Shown here in pieces: positions 12,173-23,900 of a stretch of DNA of 64,000 nt. The DNA comes from Rebecca billardiae RCC1528. Lineage: Eukaryota; Protista; Haptophyta. The stretch lies in assembly GCA_965240325.2 (NCBI GenBank), contig OZ251235.1:558001-622000 (forward strand). Direction: 5' to 3'. The stretch's first letter is position 1, and each line of letters opens with the position of its first letter. The position numbers and the translations under genes were made by a program. The notes beneath the pieces were generated by a model, which saw nothing but the letters and a program-made list of their open reading frames with translations, was not told the DNA's origin and searched no databases.

Positions 12173-12274
12173 TGGTCTAGAAGGAGCCACGGGAGGGAGC
12201 CACTGGAGGCGTGGATGATGCGCGATTCCCGCCAAGGATGCGCCCCGAGCGTGCCCGGCCGCGAGCCGGCCGCG

Positions 12275-12353
12275 TGATTGGCCGAACCAGCGACTTCGCG
12301 CCGAGACCCGGGTATTCGCCTATTGTACAGTATCGTCGAATATCCGGATTGGC
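12275..12353 (-). promoter_or_regulatory. Two CCAAT boxes upstream of the desaturase
   Basis: GATTGGCC on + (GGCCAATC on -) at about 12276 and 12347, roughly 105 and 175 bp upstream of the ATG. Confidence 0.35.
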
Positions 12354-12965
12354 CCGCCTGCCGAGATTGCCAGAAGGCTCCAGGGTGCTCGCGAACCCGG
12401 ACGCGCATCGACCACCATCGGAAGCAGTTGGCCGTCCAGGATGGCGTGACGTGCGCCCGCGCGCGTGCTCTCCTATGGCATGGCGGGGGACGAGCGAGCG
12501 CGCGCGTCAGTCGTAGATAAATGGTAGTTGCGCCCTAGCATCGTAGGCATGCAGTCACCAAGCTAGCTCGCCGTGCTCGGTCAGTCCACGCGCAGTGCAG
12601 CCACATCGATGCCATTCGGCCGATCCGCGTCTGCCCCTTTTCGTTGTCGTGTTTCGACCACACCGCGGGATCACTGCCGCCGCGCTCAAGGTATACGCCA
12701 TCCAATCACCCTATCGTCGGCTTGCAATCAAATCCATTACCTAGCAGCTTACCGCTGGCGACCGGCCTTGGCTGAGGACTGAGCAGTGACTCCGGACCAC
12801 CCGGCCGCCGCGGGGAAGTGCCGGAAGTGGAACAACTCGGGCGGCGGCGAGGTTGGAGGTAGAGAGTCAACTGTCGCATATGCGGTTGTCTGCATTTGGA
12901 AGAGTCCACCTACTTGTACATCGCGATGAGACGTGGGAGGGTTTGGGGGCCGACGCGCTCGCATC

Positions 12966-13170
12966 AGAACTGCGCATTCATGGCGGCACAACGTGGTCGG
13001 GCCGTGCGCGCCGCGCCCGCGGCCCGACTAATAGTCTTTATTGTGACTACTACCGCTACTCACTAGAACTGCGCGCATTCACGGCGGCACGACGTGGCCG
13101 GGCCGTGCGCGCAGCGCCCGCGGTCTGACTAATATATATTATAAGCTAGTCGTCTCTATTGTGACTACCG
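12966..13170 (+). repeat. Imperfect tandem duplication, ~100-bp unit
   Basis: AGAACTGCGCATTCA(T/C)GGCGGCAC..GTGG.CGGGCCGTGCGCGC.GCGCCCGCGG..GACTAA..TATTGTGACTAC occurs twice. Confidence 0.85.
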
Positions 13171-13265
13171 CCGAGCTATGCCGGGAGCCCCGCAGCCCCG
13201 CAGGCGTCCACCGGTCCAGGCGAGTCCGCGAGCATCACGCGTGCAAGCAGCTATAATAATATGAT

Positions 13266-16250
13266 TTATCCGTCGTCGTCGTCACCAGCCTGCACCCCGA
13301 CAGTAGTGGTGCGAAGAAAAAACAGAGCACAGTTCGAGTTGGCCCATGCGTCTAGGCGTCGCTCTGCAGCGACTTCCAGGACCTCGAACGCGAGCTCCTT
13401 GTGCGTTTCGCAGAAACTGACCCAGCGATGACGGTCGTGGAGACGACGGCCGACGAAGGATCGCAGAGCACCGTCGTACTTCTGCACTGTGCCGGCAGGG
13501 AGGTCGGTCCTGTTGACACAGTTCGCGGCGTAGAGCAAGGCCATGTCTCGCGCAAATGCACATGCCGGTTGCTTGTCCGCAGCGGCCAGCACGTCGAGGC
13601 AGTTGAGCGGGTTGAGCGCAGCTTCGAGCGCGGCCGTGACGCGCGACGAGAGCAGCGTGATCGCGTCGTCGTCGACGAGATCGGAGCCGTCGCGCGAGCG
13701 CTTGCCTCGGCTCGTGGTCGGTGCCTTGAGCTTGAGCGCGAGCGCGCCGAGCTCCATCAGTTGCAGTGGCTCTGCGGGCAGTGGGGCGGTGCCGCCCGAG
13801 TGCAGGTCGCGCAGCAGCGCCTCGTAAGCCTCGAAGGAGAAGGACGGGTCGGCTGTGATCACGCCAGACGACGCCTCGGCGGTCTGCAGCGCAAGGACGG
13901 CCGAGTCGGCGCCGCCGTCAGACACGCCGAGTAGCGTGCGGTAGTAGCGCGCGCGCGTGAGCAGCAGCCGCGAGGCGCCGAGCTTGCGCCCGTCCGCAAA
14001 CTCGAAGACGACGTCGTGCACGCCGCTCGGCGGACCGACCGCAGTGCCCAGCGCGCGCAGCTGCGCACTCGCGTGCTGCTCGCGCTCGCGCAGCTCGGCG
14101 AGCTCCGCGCGCAGCTTGGCCTGCTCGCGGCCCGCGGCAGAGAGCAACACACGCGCAGCTGCTCCTCCGTCGTCCTCGTCAGCGTACGCACCGATAAGGT
14201 GCTCGACGAGTTCTGCCATGTGGCCAGCCGGAAAGCGGTGCGCGAGCGCAGTCGCAGAGAGGACGATTCGGAGATCGTGCACTAGCACCCTGCGCACGGA
14301 CTCGCCGCTGCGGATGAGCAGGCTGCGGAGCACGCCAGCCGCCATCTCAGCTGCATCCGCATCTGCTTTTGTGGGGCGCGGCAGCTGCGCCGTAGCGCGC
14401 AGCGGGGCTGCGAGCACGGGCATGTGGCTCTCCTCCACCGCTGCGCACGCGGCAGCTCCGCCGCTCCCGTGGCGCGAGCACATGTTGCGCACCGCGACCA
14501 GGGCAGAGTGGCGATGCTCCGAGACACGCACCCAGCACAGCTGCTTGGCGCTCGTGCCGAGCTCGTCTGGCGCCGGCGGGGCGTGGCCGTCGGCGAAGAC
14601 GCGCATGAGCAGGGGCACAGCGCCGGCGTCCACGAGCGCCTGCGCCGCTGCAACGCCAAACACGCGCGGCAGCCACAGGAACATGCCGATTGCGGCGTCC
14701 ACGTCGAGGGGGAGATCGGCTTGCGCCTTCCAGCCGGTGGACACGATGCGCATGAGCACAGGCGTCAGGTCGAGGTGGAGCTGGCGCACAGCGCGCCTGA
14801 TCTCAGGGACCGCGTCCCTGTCGCTGGGGTCAGTCCACTGATCTCCGACTCTGAGCATGATCTGGATGAGCTCGAGCGCGCCGGCGCGCACGTTGGCATT
14901 GCGCGAGTCGGCGGCAAGCAGCAGCACACCTGGGAGGTCACTGCGGATGAGGGGGACTGCAGCGTCGTCCTCGCATTCGAGCGGAAACGAGCAGCACATG
15001 CCGAGCAGCTTGAGTGCCATGCACGCCACCTCGTCCAGCTCACAGTCAGGGCTGGACCCCGTGTCGCCACGGTCCGCTGCGCCGGGTCCGCCGCCACTGA
15101 CGCATGAGCGCAGCAGCTGCACGACAGCAGGCAGCGCGCCACTCGCCATGAACGCGGAGAAGGCGCCCTCGACGTCATCGCGTAACGCAGCAGCTTCGCT
15201 CGTGAGGTAGCGCACGGCGGCCGTGCGATCTTCCCACGAGCCGTGCCCGGCGCCCAGCATGGCGAAGAGCGCCTCGGGCAGCCCCCCCTTGCCAAAAGGC
15301 TGGACAGTCTCGTTGGTAGCCGCGCTGTGGCACAGGTAGTAAGACTGATCGATGTCTTTGCCGTCGCTGCGGGTGAGTGCTCGCAGGGCACGCGCTGGCA
15401 ACGCCGTCGAAGCGCCCTGGACCGCGGGCATGAGCGTGGACGCGCCCTTGACCGCGTCCAGCAGCCACGACCCGAAGCTGAGAGCCTCATAGTCATTCAA
15501 CAGCTCCTCGGCCTCGCCTGTCAACTGGTCGTCCTTCCGGTTCTCGATGGTCAGCAGCGCAGCGTACGCAACAAACTTGTCAGCCGTGTCACGCCCTGCT
15601 GTCGCGAGGGCCTGCACGATGCCGGCGTCCTCGGCGTGCTCGTGGAACGCCGTGAGCGCGCGGTGCGCGTACAGCACCAGGTCGAGGGCCAACACCGGGC
15701 CGGCGGGACTCGCGGCTCTGAGCATCCCGAGCACACCCTTGGCCAACTCCTGCACAGGGAAGGTGTCGAGCTCGGCGGCATCGTATGGGACCGACGACAG
15801 CGCGCGCGACAGCGCGCGAGTCGCAGCCTCGCGGATAGCGAGGCACTCCTCGGCCGCAAGCGCGCCGACGAGCGCGGTCCCCGCTTTCGCAAGCACGCGA
15901 CGCGCAGCTGCCTTGGAGCACGCGAGCGCGGCGAGCGCATCCGCAGCCGCTGCGCGGGCACCGTCGTGGTCACACGACAGCGCATGCACGAGTGCATCGA
16001 CGCACTTGCCACCACTCAGCAAGCGCGTGCGAGCATGCGCATCGCCCGCGTGCTTCTCGAGGGCGCGTGCGGCGAGCTCGCGCGCGTGTCCGCCACCCGA
16101 GCACAGCGCGTCCGCACACACCGTGAGCAGCTGCACGGTGTTCGCGCTAGCTGCCGCGAGCTGGCAGGCGAGCTCGCGCGTGGCAGCGTCGTCGGGCGCG
16201 GACGCGTCGTTGCCATTGGCCGCGCCCTTGCTGCGGTTGCCCGTCGGCAT
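13266..16250 (-). CDS. Armadillo-repeat protein with coiled coil and C-terminal BTB/POZ domain, apparently intronless
   Basis: ARM-like repeats (GKCVDALVHAL, SGALPAVVQLL, AGAVPLLMRVF). BTB start HDVVFEFADGRKLGASRLLLTRARYYRTLL, then FEAYEALLRDLHSG and BACK-like LNPLNCLDVLAAA. Confidence 0.8.
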   Translation of the reverse strand: MPTGNRSKGAANGNDASAPDDAATRELACQLAAASANTVQLLTVCADALCSGGGHARELAARALEKHAGDAHARTRLLSGGKCVDALVHALSCDHDGARAAAADALAALACSKAAARRVLAKAGTALVGALAAEECLAIREAATRALSRALSSVPYDAAELDTFPVQELAKGVLGMLRAASPAGPVLALDLVLYAHRALTAFHEHAEDAGIVQALATAGRDTADKFVAYAALLTIENRKDDQLTGEAEELLNDYEALSFGSWLLDAVKGASTLMPAVQGASTALPARALRALTRSDGKDIDQSYYLCHSAATNETVQPFGKGGLPEALFAMLGAGHGSWEDRTAAVRYLTSEAAALRDDVEGAFSAFMASGALPAVVQLLRSCVSGGGPGAADRGDTGSSPDCELDEVACMALKLLGMCCSFPLECEDDAAVPLIRSDLPGVLLLAADSRNANVRAGALELIQIMLRVGDQWTDPSDRDAVPEIRRAVRQLHLDLTPVLMRIVSTGWKAQADLPLDVDAAIGMFLWLPRVFGVAAAQALVDAGAVPLLMRVFADGHAPPAPDELGTSAKQLCWVRVSEHRHSALVAVRNMCSRHGSGGAAACAAVEESHMPVLAAPLRATAQLPRPTKADADAAEMAAGVLRSLLIRSGESVRRVLVHDLRIVLSATALAHRFPAGHMAELVEHLIGAYADEDDGGAAARVLLSAAGREQAKLRAELAELREREQHASAQLRALGTAVGPPSGVHDVVFEFADGRKLGASRLLLTRARYYRTLLGVSDGGADSAVLALQTAEASSGVITADPSFSFEAYEALLRDLHSGGTAPLPAEPLQLMELGALALKLKAPTTSRGKRSRDGSDLVDDDAITLLSSRVTAALEAALNPLNCLDVLAAADKQPACAFARDMALLYAANCVNRTDLPAGTVQKYDGALRSFVGRRLHDRHRWVSFCETHKELAFEVLEVAAERRLDAWANSNCALFFLRTTTVGVQAGDDDDG

Positions 16251-16544
16251 GACTTCGCGGTCGCTGCGCTGTGCGGTGTCCAGACGCCGCGCCACGCGCC
16301 CGGGCCCCGGGCTGCGGCAAACTGCCCGTTGCCGCTGGGCAGCCGCAGCGCTCCCGAGCGACCGGCGCGGCGGCGCGTGGCGTCCGGACTCTGCAGACTC
16401 ATTCTATGATTTAACGACACAGGTAGGACGACGCGGGTCTCCTGATTCGTCGGCGGCAGTGCCCGATCGTCGACACGAAGTCGGCGCTGGTGGCAGAGCA
16501 TAGCCTGCACCGCGATCGTAAAGCTTGAGACTGGTACTCACTGG

Positions 16545-16655
16545 TACAGTTTACTAAGAATACGTAAGAGACGCACACAGCTCAGGCAGGCGAGATTGAC
16601 GTCCGCCAACTGTCACCGCCCATGGAGCCGTCGCCGATGGCTGCGCCGCCGGAAA
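16545..16655 (+). mobile_element. Dispersed repeat copy B
   Basis: Same TACAGTTTACTAAG...GAGACGCACACAGCTCAGGCAGGCGAGATTGACG..GCCGCCGGAAA as copy A. Weak similarity continues to about 16800. Confidence 0.7.
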
Positions 16656-17442
16656 CTGCACTTTCGGCTGCCAAGCGGTTGCTGGACTTGCTGCCTTGCC
16701 CGGTCACGGTGGGCAGCCAGCTGCGACTCCCAGTCCCAGAGCCAGCCAGACGACGTCGACGAGGTCCGGAGGTCTCAGCACCGCTGATGCGGCCGATCGA
16801 CGCAGTCAGTATACTCAGCACAGCGCCACCGCCGCCTGCTTAATAGGTAAGCGCACGACGGGCGCCTGACATGACAATAATGTCAATAACTCGCGGAGAG
16901 TAGTACCTTACAGTCTGTATAAATACAGTCACCTGTTCCCTTATCTCAAAATGGTTCAGCCGTGTTCAGGAGTAATCATTGGGATCTCGTGTGAGTCGTG
17001 AGTCCTCCGGCTCCGAGGCTCAGTCCTGCGCCAGTCCGCGTATCGCACGGCCGACAAGCTACGGCCGAGCAGCCGACTACCGAGCTGCGACGTGAGCTTG
17101 CCTCAGGCAGCCTCCGTTATTATTATTTAAAAATTAGACATTATATATATATATATTTAAATAATATTTATATTAGTAGACTACTCATCACAGTCGCCGA
17201 CCACGGACCAGTCGGACCAGTAACACTTAACTACAGTTACACGCTGCGGCAGCACAGGAAGTAAGGTTGGTAAGGGTGAAGGCGGCGGTGTCAGTGTGCA
17301 GACGATGTCGATGACTGGCATCCGATGACGACCTTCTGGCTTATCAACCTACGGGCGATTCACAGCAGATCGACGGCTGCACCCAGCCTGCAGGGTCAGC
17401 GCGGGCGCTGGGCCGCATGGCCCATCGTCGGCGCGCCCCAGC

Positions 17443-18075
17443 TCAGCGCGCACCCAGGTTCGCGGCGCGCACGCGCCGCAAGAGCGCCGGCGGCCCAGCC
17501 GGCCCGCGGTCATAGACGAGGTCTGGCACGTGCTCCATGCGGTAGCCGAGGAGGACCTCGAAGACGCGGACGGTGGCTTCGGAGAGGAGGAAGTGCACGC
17601 CACCGATCGCGTGCACCACGTGCAGCCACAGCCGTAGGAGCGCCTCCTGGTCCAGCGGGATCACGATCTGGTCGTAGAGATCGATCGGGATGAATCGCTT
17701 CATCCATGGCCGCAGCGTGGACGCGATGCGGCGCCACAGCGCAGACATTTGCGGGTAGAGCAGGAGGCCGGCCACGAGCAGCCTCGGCGCGATCGATCGG
17801 CTCGTCTGGAGCATGAAGTTGACGTCGTCGAGCAGTCGCTGCACGCCGCCCTCGCTCCGGTCGATGTGCCGCATCGCTTGCGAGAGGATGCCCGGTGTGA
17901 ACTCGCCAGGTGGCGGCGTCGGGTACGGCGCGAGCTCCTGGCTCTCTCGCGCGTCCGCATCTCCCTCAGGAGCCCCAGTGCGCAGGGCACTGTCCACCGC
18001 CGCCACGCATCCGCGATGGACGACGATGGCCAGAAGCGCCGCGAGCGGCAGGTGACCTCGTCGGCGGGCGCCCAT
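17443..18075 (-). CDS. Hypothetical protein with signal peptide and hydrophobic segments
   Basis: 210-aa ORF with non-low-complexity composition. N-terminal LPLAALLAIVV, internal LLVAGLLLYP. No family recognised. Confidence 0.55.
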   Translation of the reverse strand: MGARRRGHLPLAALLAIVVHRGCVAAVDSALRTGAPEGDADARESQELAPYPTPPPGEFTPGILSQAMRHIDRSEGGVQRLLDDVNFMLQTSRSIAPRLLVAGLLLYPQMSALWRRIASTLRPWMKRFIPIDLYDQIVIPLDQEALLRLWLHVVHAIGGVHFLLSEATVRVFEVLLGYRMEHVPDLVYDRGPAGPPALLRRVRAANLGAR

Positions 18076-18389
18076 TGCTGCCGCGTGATCGCCTCGACGA
18101 CAATGACCGCGTCATCGTCCGGACTCTCCCCGGCACGATTTACAGCGCAAGTCCTGCACGGCTGACCGTTCGTTATCATAGGGCTGGCAGTGTCAGTGAG
18201 AGATGGCGCGACGCGACTCAGTGCATGATGCCGAGGAGTGAACGCAACGCAGACGCCAGTAACGGGCGCTGCCAGCGCAGGCTAGACCCACCAGCGGTCC
18301 ACCCCATTCCGCATGCCATGCACTTGGCCCTGGAAGCACCACTGCGGTGCAACGTGGCTGCGTCGCGTCGGGCCCTCATCACCACAGAC

Positions 18390-20835
18390 TCACCTCGTGC
18401 GGCGCCGATTGTGCGGCTGCGTCAGCCCGTGGCCGTCGGGCGCGCGCATGCGCAGCGTGACACTGACCGCCGCGTCCCGATCGGCGGCCTTCGCCGGCCC
18501 GCTCCGCGGCCGTCTAACGCCGGCCACCGCGTCCTCCCCGCGCACCGCCGCCCACAGCGCCACCATGGACGGCTCGAGCTCGCGGCTGCGGATGCGGAAG
18601 CCCTCGACCTCCATCTCGTCCTCCGAGCCGTCCGACGCGGACACCGCCTCCACCACCTCCAGCACGCCCAGGTCCGGGGGCGCGCTCGCGCGGGCGTGCT
18701 CGCGCCGAGCCCCCGCCCTCTCCTCCCGCCCTCGCCTCCCGCCCTCCGCCTGCGCAGCGCCGCCGCGCGCGCCCTTGCCCTCTGCAAAGTTCGCGCGGAG
18801 GCACGCGTCTGCGTGCTGCTGTATGCGCTGCCGCGGGAAGGACTCGCCGCAAATGGGGCAGCTCTCGAGGAGGGGCTGGTGCGATCGGCGCGGGCGGCGC
18901 AGCTCGTACGCCTCTGCAGGGCGGCGTGCGCGCGCGTTGGGGCAGCGCGCGCGCGCGGCGGAGGTGGTGGAGGTGGTGGGGCGCGGGGCAGCACGCACAC
19001 CGAGCGCGATCGCGCGACGGTGGGCGGTGGGCGCACGCACCGACGGGTGCAAGCGGCTCGATGGCATCGGCCGTGGGCGGCTGGATCGAGTCGGGAGCTG
19101 CGTGGGGAGCGCCGCCCGCAGCGGGCGGTGCGGCGGGCGGTGCGCTCCGCCGCGCGCCATCAGAACCGGCCGCGTCCTGTGCCGGCCGCGCGGCAGGCAC
19201 GCTGTCGTGCGCGGCGGCGGCCGGCGCAGCTGCCAGCGCGCGCGTGGGCTCGGACGGCCGCTGCGCGCTGGGCGCACGCGCGTGCTGGGCCGCGCTGCGC
19301 GGCACAGAGGCCCGCGATCCCGCCTGCTGTGTCTCAGCGGCGCCGCCGCCAGCGTGCACGCCGCGCGCCGCCAGCGTGTCAAGAACGTGCACCCCCTCAG
19401 AGACCCAGGCCTCGAACAGCGCCGCCGCCCCCGCGCACGCCGCGCCCGCGCACGCCGCACCCGCGCACGCGCACGCACACGCGCCCGCGCCGCTGCCGGG
19501 CCGCGGCACGGCCTCGACCAGGAGGTGCTGCGCAAAGCCCGCGCCCGGCGCGCTCGTCTGCCCCAGACTGAGCGCGCTGAAGACGTGCGCGCGCGCGCCG
19601 TCGACGAGCGGCAGGGCCACCGCCGCGCAGCCTCGCACCGGCGCGTCCAGAAGGCGCACCGGCCCGCCGCCGCCGTCCGCTGTGTGCGCGGTCACGGCGC
19701 GCACTCGCAGCTCGCCCACCGGCGGCGCGCCTGGGCCCAGCTCGACCAAAATGTCCGGGAGCTCCCACGCCTGCACCCACAGCGCGCGCCCGGCTGCGCC
19801 GTCGCGCTCCCTGAGGAACGGCCGCGCGGCCCGCACGCGCGCAATCGGCCGCCGCCAGCCGGGCTGCCACGGCAGCTGCGCCGGGAGGGCGGAGCCGCCT
19901 GGGCCGATCACGCGCTGCTCCCAGGCCAGCTCACTCTCGCCGAGGCCCTCCGCGCCGGCGTGACGCGCCGCGTGCGAGCCGTGCGGCGCGGGGGCACCCG
20001 GCGCGGGAGCACCCGGCGCGGCGCCCGCCGGCGGCCAGCGCTGTGCAGCGACTGACCCAGGGGTGGGCCCAGAGAAGGGCCCAGGGAAGGGCCCGGAGGA
20101 GGGCCCGCAGAAGGGCCCAGAGAAGGGCGGGGCGAGAAGCTGCGTGAGCGCGCGCGAGGGCAGCCCTCCGGCGCTGAGGGCAGCCACGCCGTCGTGGAGC
20201 GAGGCCGAGAGGTGCGCGAGTGTGCTGGAGATGTGCGTGAGCGTCTGCGCGTCCAGCGCGTGCCCAGCCGCGCCGACGGCCGCCAGCTCGCTCCCCCAGA
20301 GCGTCGGGCGCGGGTGCGCCTGCCAGCGATCGAGGGCCTGCCACTCGGACTGCGCGCCGACCTGCGTGGCGATGGCGCGCCAGCCCGTGCCGCTAGGGCC
20401 GAGGTTGCTCATCGCGACGAAGAGCCTGGTGTCCTCCTCCGTCCACGGGGGCATACCATCGGCCTGGGCAGCGGCCCACCCCGGCAGCTCGTGTCCGCGC
20501 GCCGTCGGCGCAGCGGCGTGGGCGTTGGCGCGAGCAGGCAAAGTGGTAGCGGCATGGGCGTGCAGCGGCCGCACTGGCGCCTCGGCAGCCGACTCGTGCT
20601 GTGACGGCGATGCCTGCACGACGGCCTGCACGGCGGCCGGTGCAGATGGGCACGGCTCTGCCGGCCTGGACTCCTCTGCAGGCGCAGGCAACTCTGCGTC
20701 AAACATCTTTGCGCAGCGCACGCACCCGAGCCGCACGCGCATCACATCCGTCACAGGGCGGACGAAGCTGTGCACCGTCCTGCACGTGGGGCACTCGGCC
20801 TCGAACAAGGGGGGCGCCCTGCCCGCGCCCGTCAT
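18390..20835 (-). CDS. Zn-ribbon + Myb/SANT + UBZ4 (Rad18-type) zinc-finger protein; join(complement 19041..20835,18390..18913)
   Basis: CPTC..CVRC; PWTEEDTRL..GWRAIATQVGAQSEWQALDRW; CPICGESFPRQRIQQHADACL reached via GT-AG intron 18914-19040. The 3' end is uncertain because a GTGAGT donor overlaps the stop. Confidence 0.7.
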
Positions 20836-20994
20836 CCGGGATCTCGCGCGACGTTGGAGCGCGCCAAGTCCTCACGTCCGACCCCGTCGGCGGGCTTCGG
20901 CGCAGCTTGGCCCTGCCGATGACGAGAAGCGCTTTCAGGCTTGGCGCGCGCCGCCTGATCCTCGTTATCACAGTCTGACTGAAGAACTGACTCT

Positions 20995-23900
20995 ATGATG
21001 ACGACAGGAAGTTCTTCAGAGTTCAGGATCGTAAATACTGTCCTGTCACTGATGTCCAATGACGACGCGTTGCCCGACGATCGAATTACATACACAGCAG
21101 CGCTCGATATCAATTTGTACGCGCACAGCAGAGCAGACATCACAGCCATGATGCAGGACCTCGTCGACTTTTTGTGGTACTATGATATGGAGCCCAACTA
21201 CCCCAAATCCAAGGTGGCAGTGTATGTGCCCCCTGGGCACGCACAGGTGGACCCAATACAGGTCATCAACAGGGCAACTGGACAAGCTGCTCTCATAGAC
21301 ACGTTGCAGGATGGCGAATACTTCACGTATGCAGGGGTGGTGACCAACATTCATCTGGCAACTGACAGGATGTTCGCCAGTCTCAAGGCCAGAGTGGCCA
21401 AAGCCGCCGCGCGGGTGCAGGCAGCTGACTGCTGCACCGAGACCAAAAAGCTACTCACTGTGTGGGATGTCACGTCGATATTATTCTACTTCTACGAGGT
21501 GGTTGGCATGTCCAGGGGCAGACTCAACCAGCTGCAAAGCCTCATGGTGGAGCCAGTGGTCAGGAGTGCTGCCCTGCCAGGGCGCATCGCATACGAGGCA
21601 GCGTGCTTTCCTCCCCAGTTCCTGGGCCTAGGCCTCGTCAATCTACATGCGCACCTGGAGAGTGTCCAGGCACACGCGTACTACCACTTCCTGGCAGATG
21701 ACCCACGTGGGCTATGTGCGCGCACGTCCATGGCAGCCATGGGTGCCCTGCAATCAGTAGAGCACCCAGCACGGGCGCGCGTACGCGGCGCCTCTACATT
21801 TGCCTCCACCATCGTCACCGGGAGAAATTCTGTACGACGCATGGGGTGGGCACTGCTCCCGTCCGAAGTGAATCTCGGCAGCAAGCTGATGCAGCAGCTG
21901 GCCCCCGGGCTCGGGATGCTGGCCACAAACCGGACCCACAGGGCATATACAAGACTCGCCGCAATGCCAGGGGCAGCTGCCCTCCCCTGCTTGGCACCAC
22001 ACGGCCTTCCTGACGCGAACGGAGAGAGGCTCAGCCGGATCGAGCACTCACTGGTGGACGGTACCCAGCACGTGTTGCTAGGTGTGCTCATGCAACAGCC
22101 ACCAAGACAGATGGTCTCCACTGCGTTCTATGCGGAGCTGTCCTCACTGCCACATAGGTCCCGCCCGGCGGTGATACTGGCAGTGAGGGATATGCTGAGG
22201 GCAGTCCTGACCGACCAGAGCTACTACAGGTACCTGGGGCACGTGCCTGCCGCCAAGCGTACTGTCTGTGATCCACCCAATCCCCGCCATCTGCCTGCAC
22301 TTCCTGTGCCTGGCATGCTAATGGTGGCCACGGACGGCTCATTCGATGCAGAGAACGGGCAGGCAGCGTGTGCCTTTTCCTTCTTCAACGGCAACAATTA
22401 CACTGCCCCTGTGCATGTGTATTGCTCCAAGTTCGCGGGGCACCAGGCACCAGGCCCAGCCGAATTCATGGCCATCACAGATGCATTGGTGCAGATAGAC
22501 CCCACCGCCAACCTGCTGGTGTGCACTGACCTGCAGGAAATGGTAAAGGCCGCCGAAATGTGGCAAAACGACCCCTGGGACCGACGACTTCGGCAGGGGC
22601 ACCACGCGTACGCCCCATACATCGCCAGGGTCATGAGCCTGGTGGGCTGGCGCCGCTTGCGGCATGGCAGCACCACTTCATTCGAGCATGTCAAGGCGCA
22701 CTCTGCTGACGATGCTGCTGCGCGACACCTCAGCCTCACACACAACCCGGGGGACCAGCACTGCACTGTCAGCCAACACAGTGTGGCGGCTTTGCGCCAA
22801 GAAGGGATGAACCCCAAAACCCTGCTCAACGCATGCAGCGATGCGGGGGCCAAGCTCTGCTGCTCTGACCCCGCAACCCCCTGTGTGACTCACAAGAGAG
22901 GTGGCCACCCAAATGCGGGTTCCCATGCGATGGTACAGCTGGCCGATGGAGAGCCAGTGGCAGGCCGAATCAAGCCCCTTGTGTATGACAGTGTGCTATC
23001 ACAAAGGGCAACCCACCTGCAAGTCACCAAGTCCAGCTGTGACTTGGTGGGTGAATGGACCGGCGTGTGGCCAGAGGCCTCCACTGGCGTACTACGGACC
23101 TGGCAGGCCAACACTGTGCCTGCCTACTACATACTCCACCACGGATATGAGTTCCTGCAGCCTGCTGCCTTGCGAGACCCGACGTTGCTCTCTGTGCGAT
23201 TCCAGTCGGGGGCGGCATTTAGCGATGCCTGCCCCCTCTGCGATCATGCTCCACTGCTACATCCAGCGCCAGATACTGAGCACCACCTCTTCTCTGAGTG
23301 CCCTGAGGTCGATGCCTACCGAATGGCTGCTGCCAGAAGCGTATCGCATGTAATTGAGCCATTCATGCAGGGACAGGCTGCAGCATGGAACTTGGCACGT
23401 CACGTGTGCTCTGGGGCTGCTCTCATGGGCAGGGTGCCCAGCACACTGAAGACCACTGTGGGGGGCAACGTGCATCTCGGCAGGACCATGCACGTGGCCT
23501 TACTGAAGGCAGGGCTAGGCATCATGCAGGCCCGCAAGGACGTGGACTCCCAGCTGTCGAAGGCAGGATGTCTCCTTCGACATGCCAGGGAGCTTCGGCC
23601 GCCGCCTGGGCACGGCCCAGGGGGGCAGCCCCCACCCCCACAGGCACAGGCAGGCCCAGGAGGGGCGATTGCCATGAATAATCAGTTGCAAGGACCACCT
23701 GTCATCCAGCAGCAACCCCCTGCCCAGGCTGGCCAGGGCTGGCAGGCAGGCGCGGGGCAGGCCAACCTGCACCAGCCCATAGCGCGCGGTCACCACGTGC
23801 GCCCCCAGTCACTCTCGCAGGCGTGGCCCCTTCAGCGTGCTCGCCCCCTCCCTATGGTGATTGCGTGGCCTCTGCAGCCTGCCACACCTCTTGTGGCATG

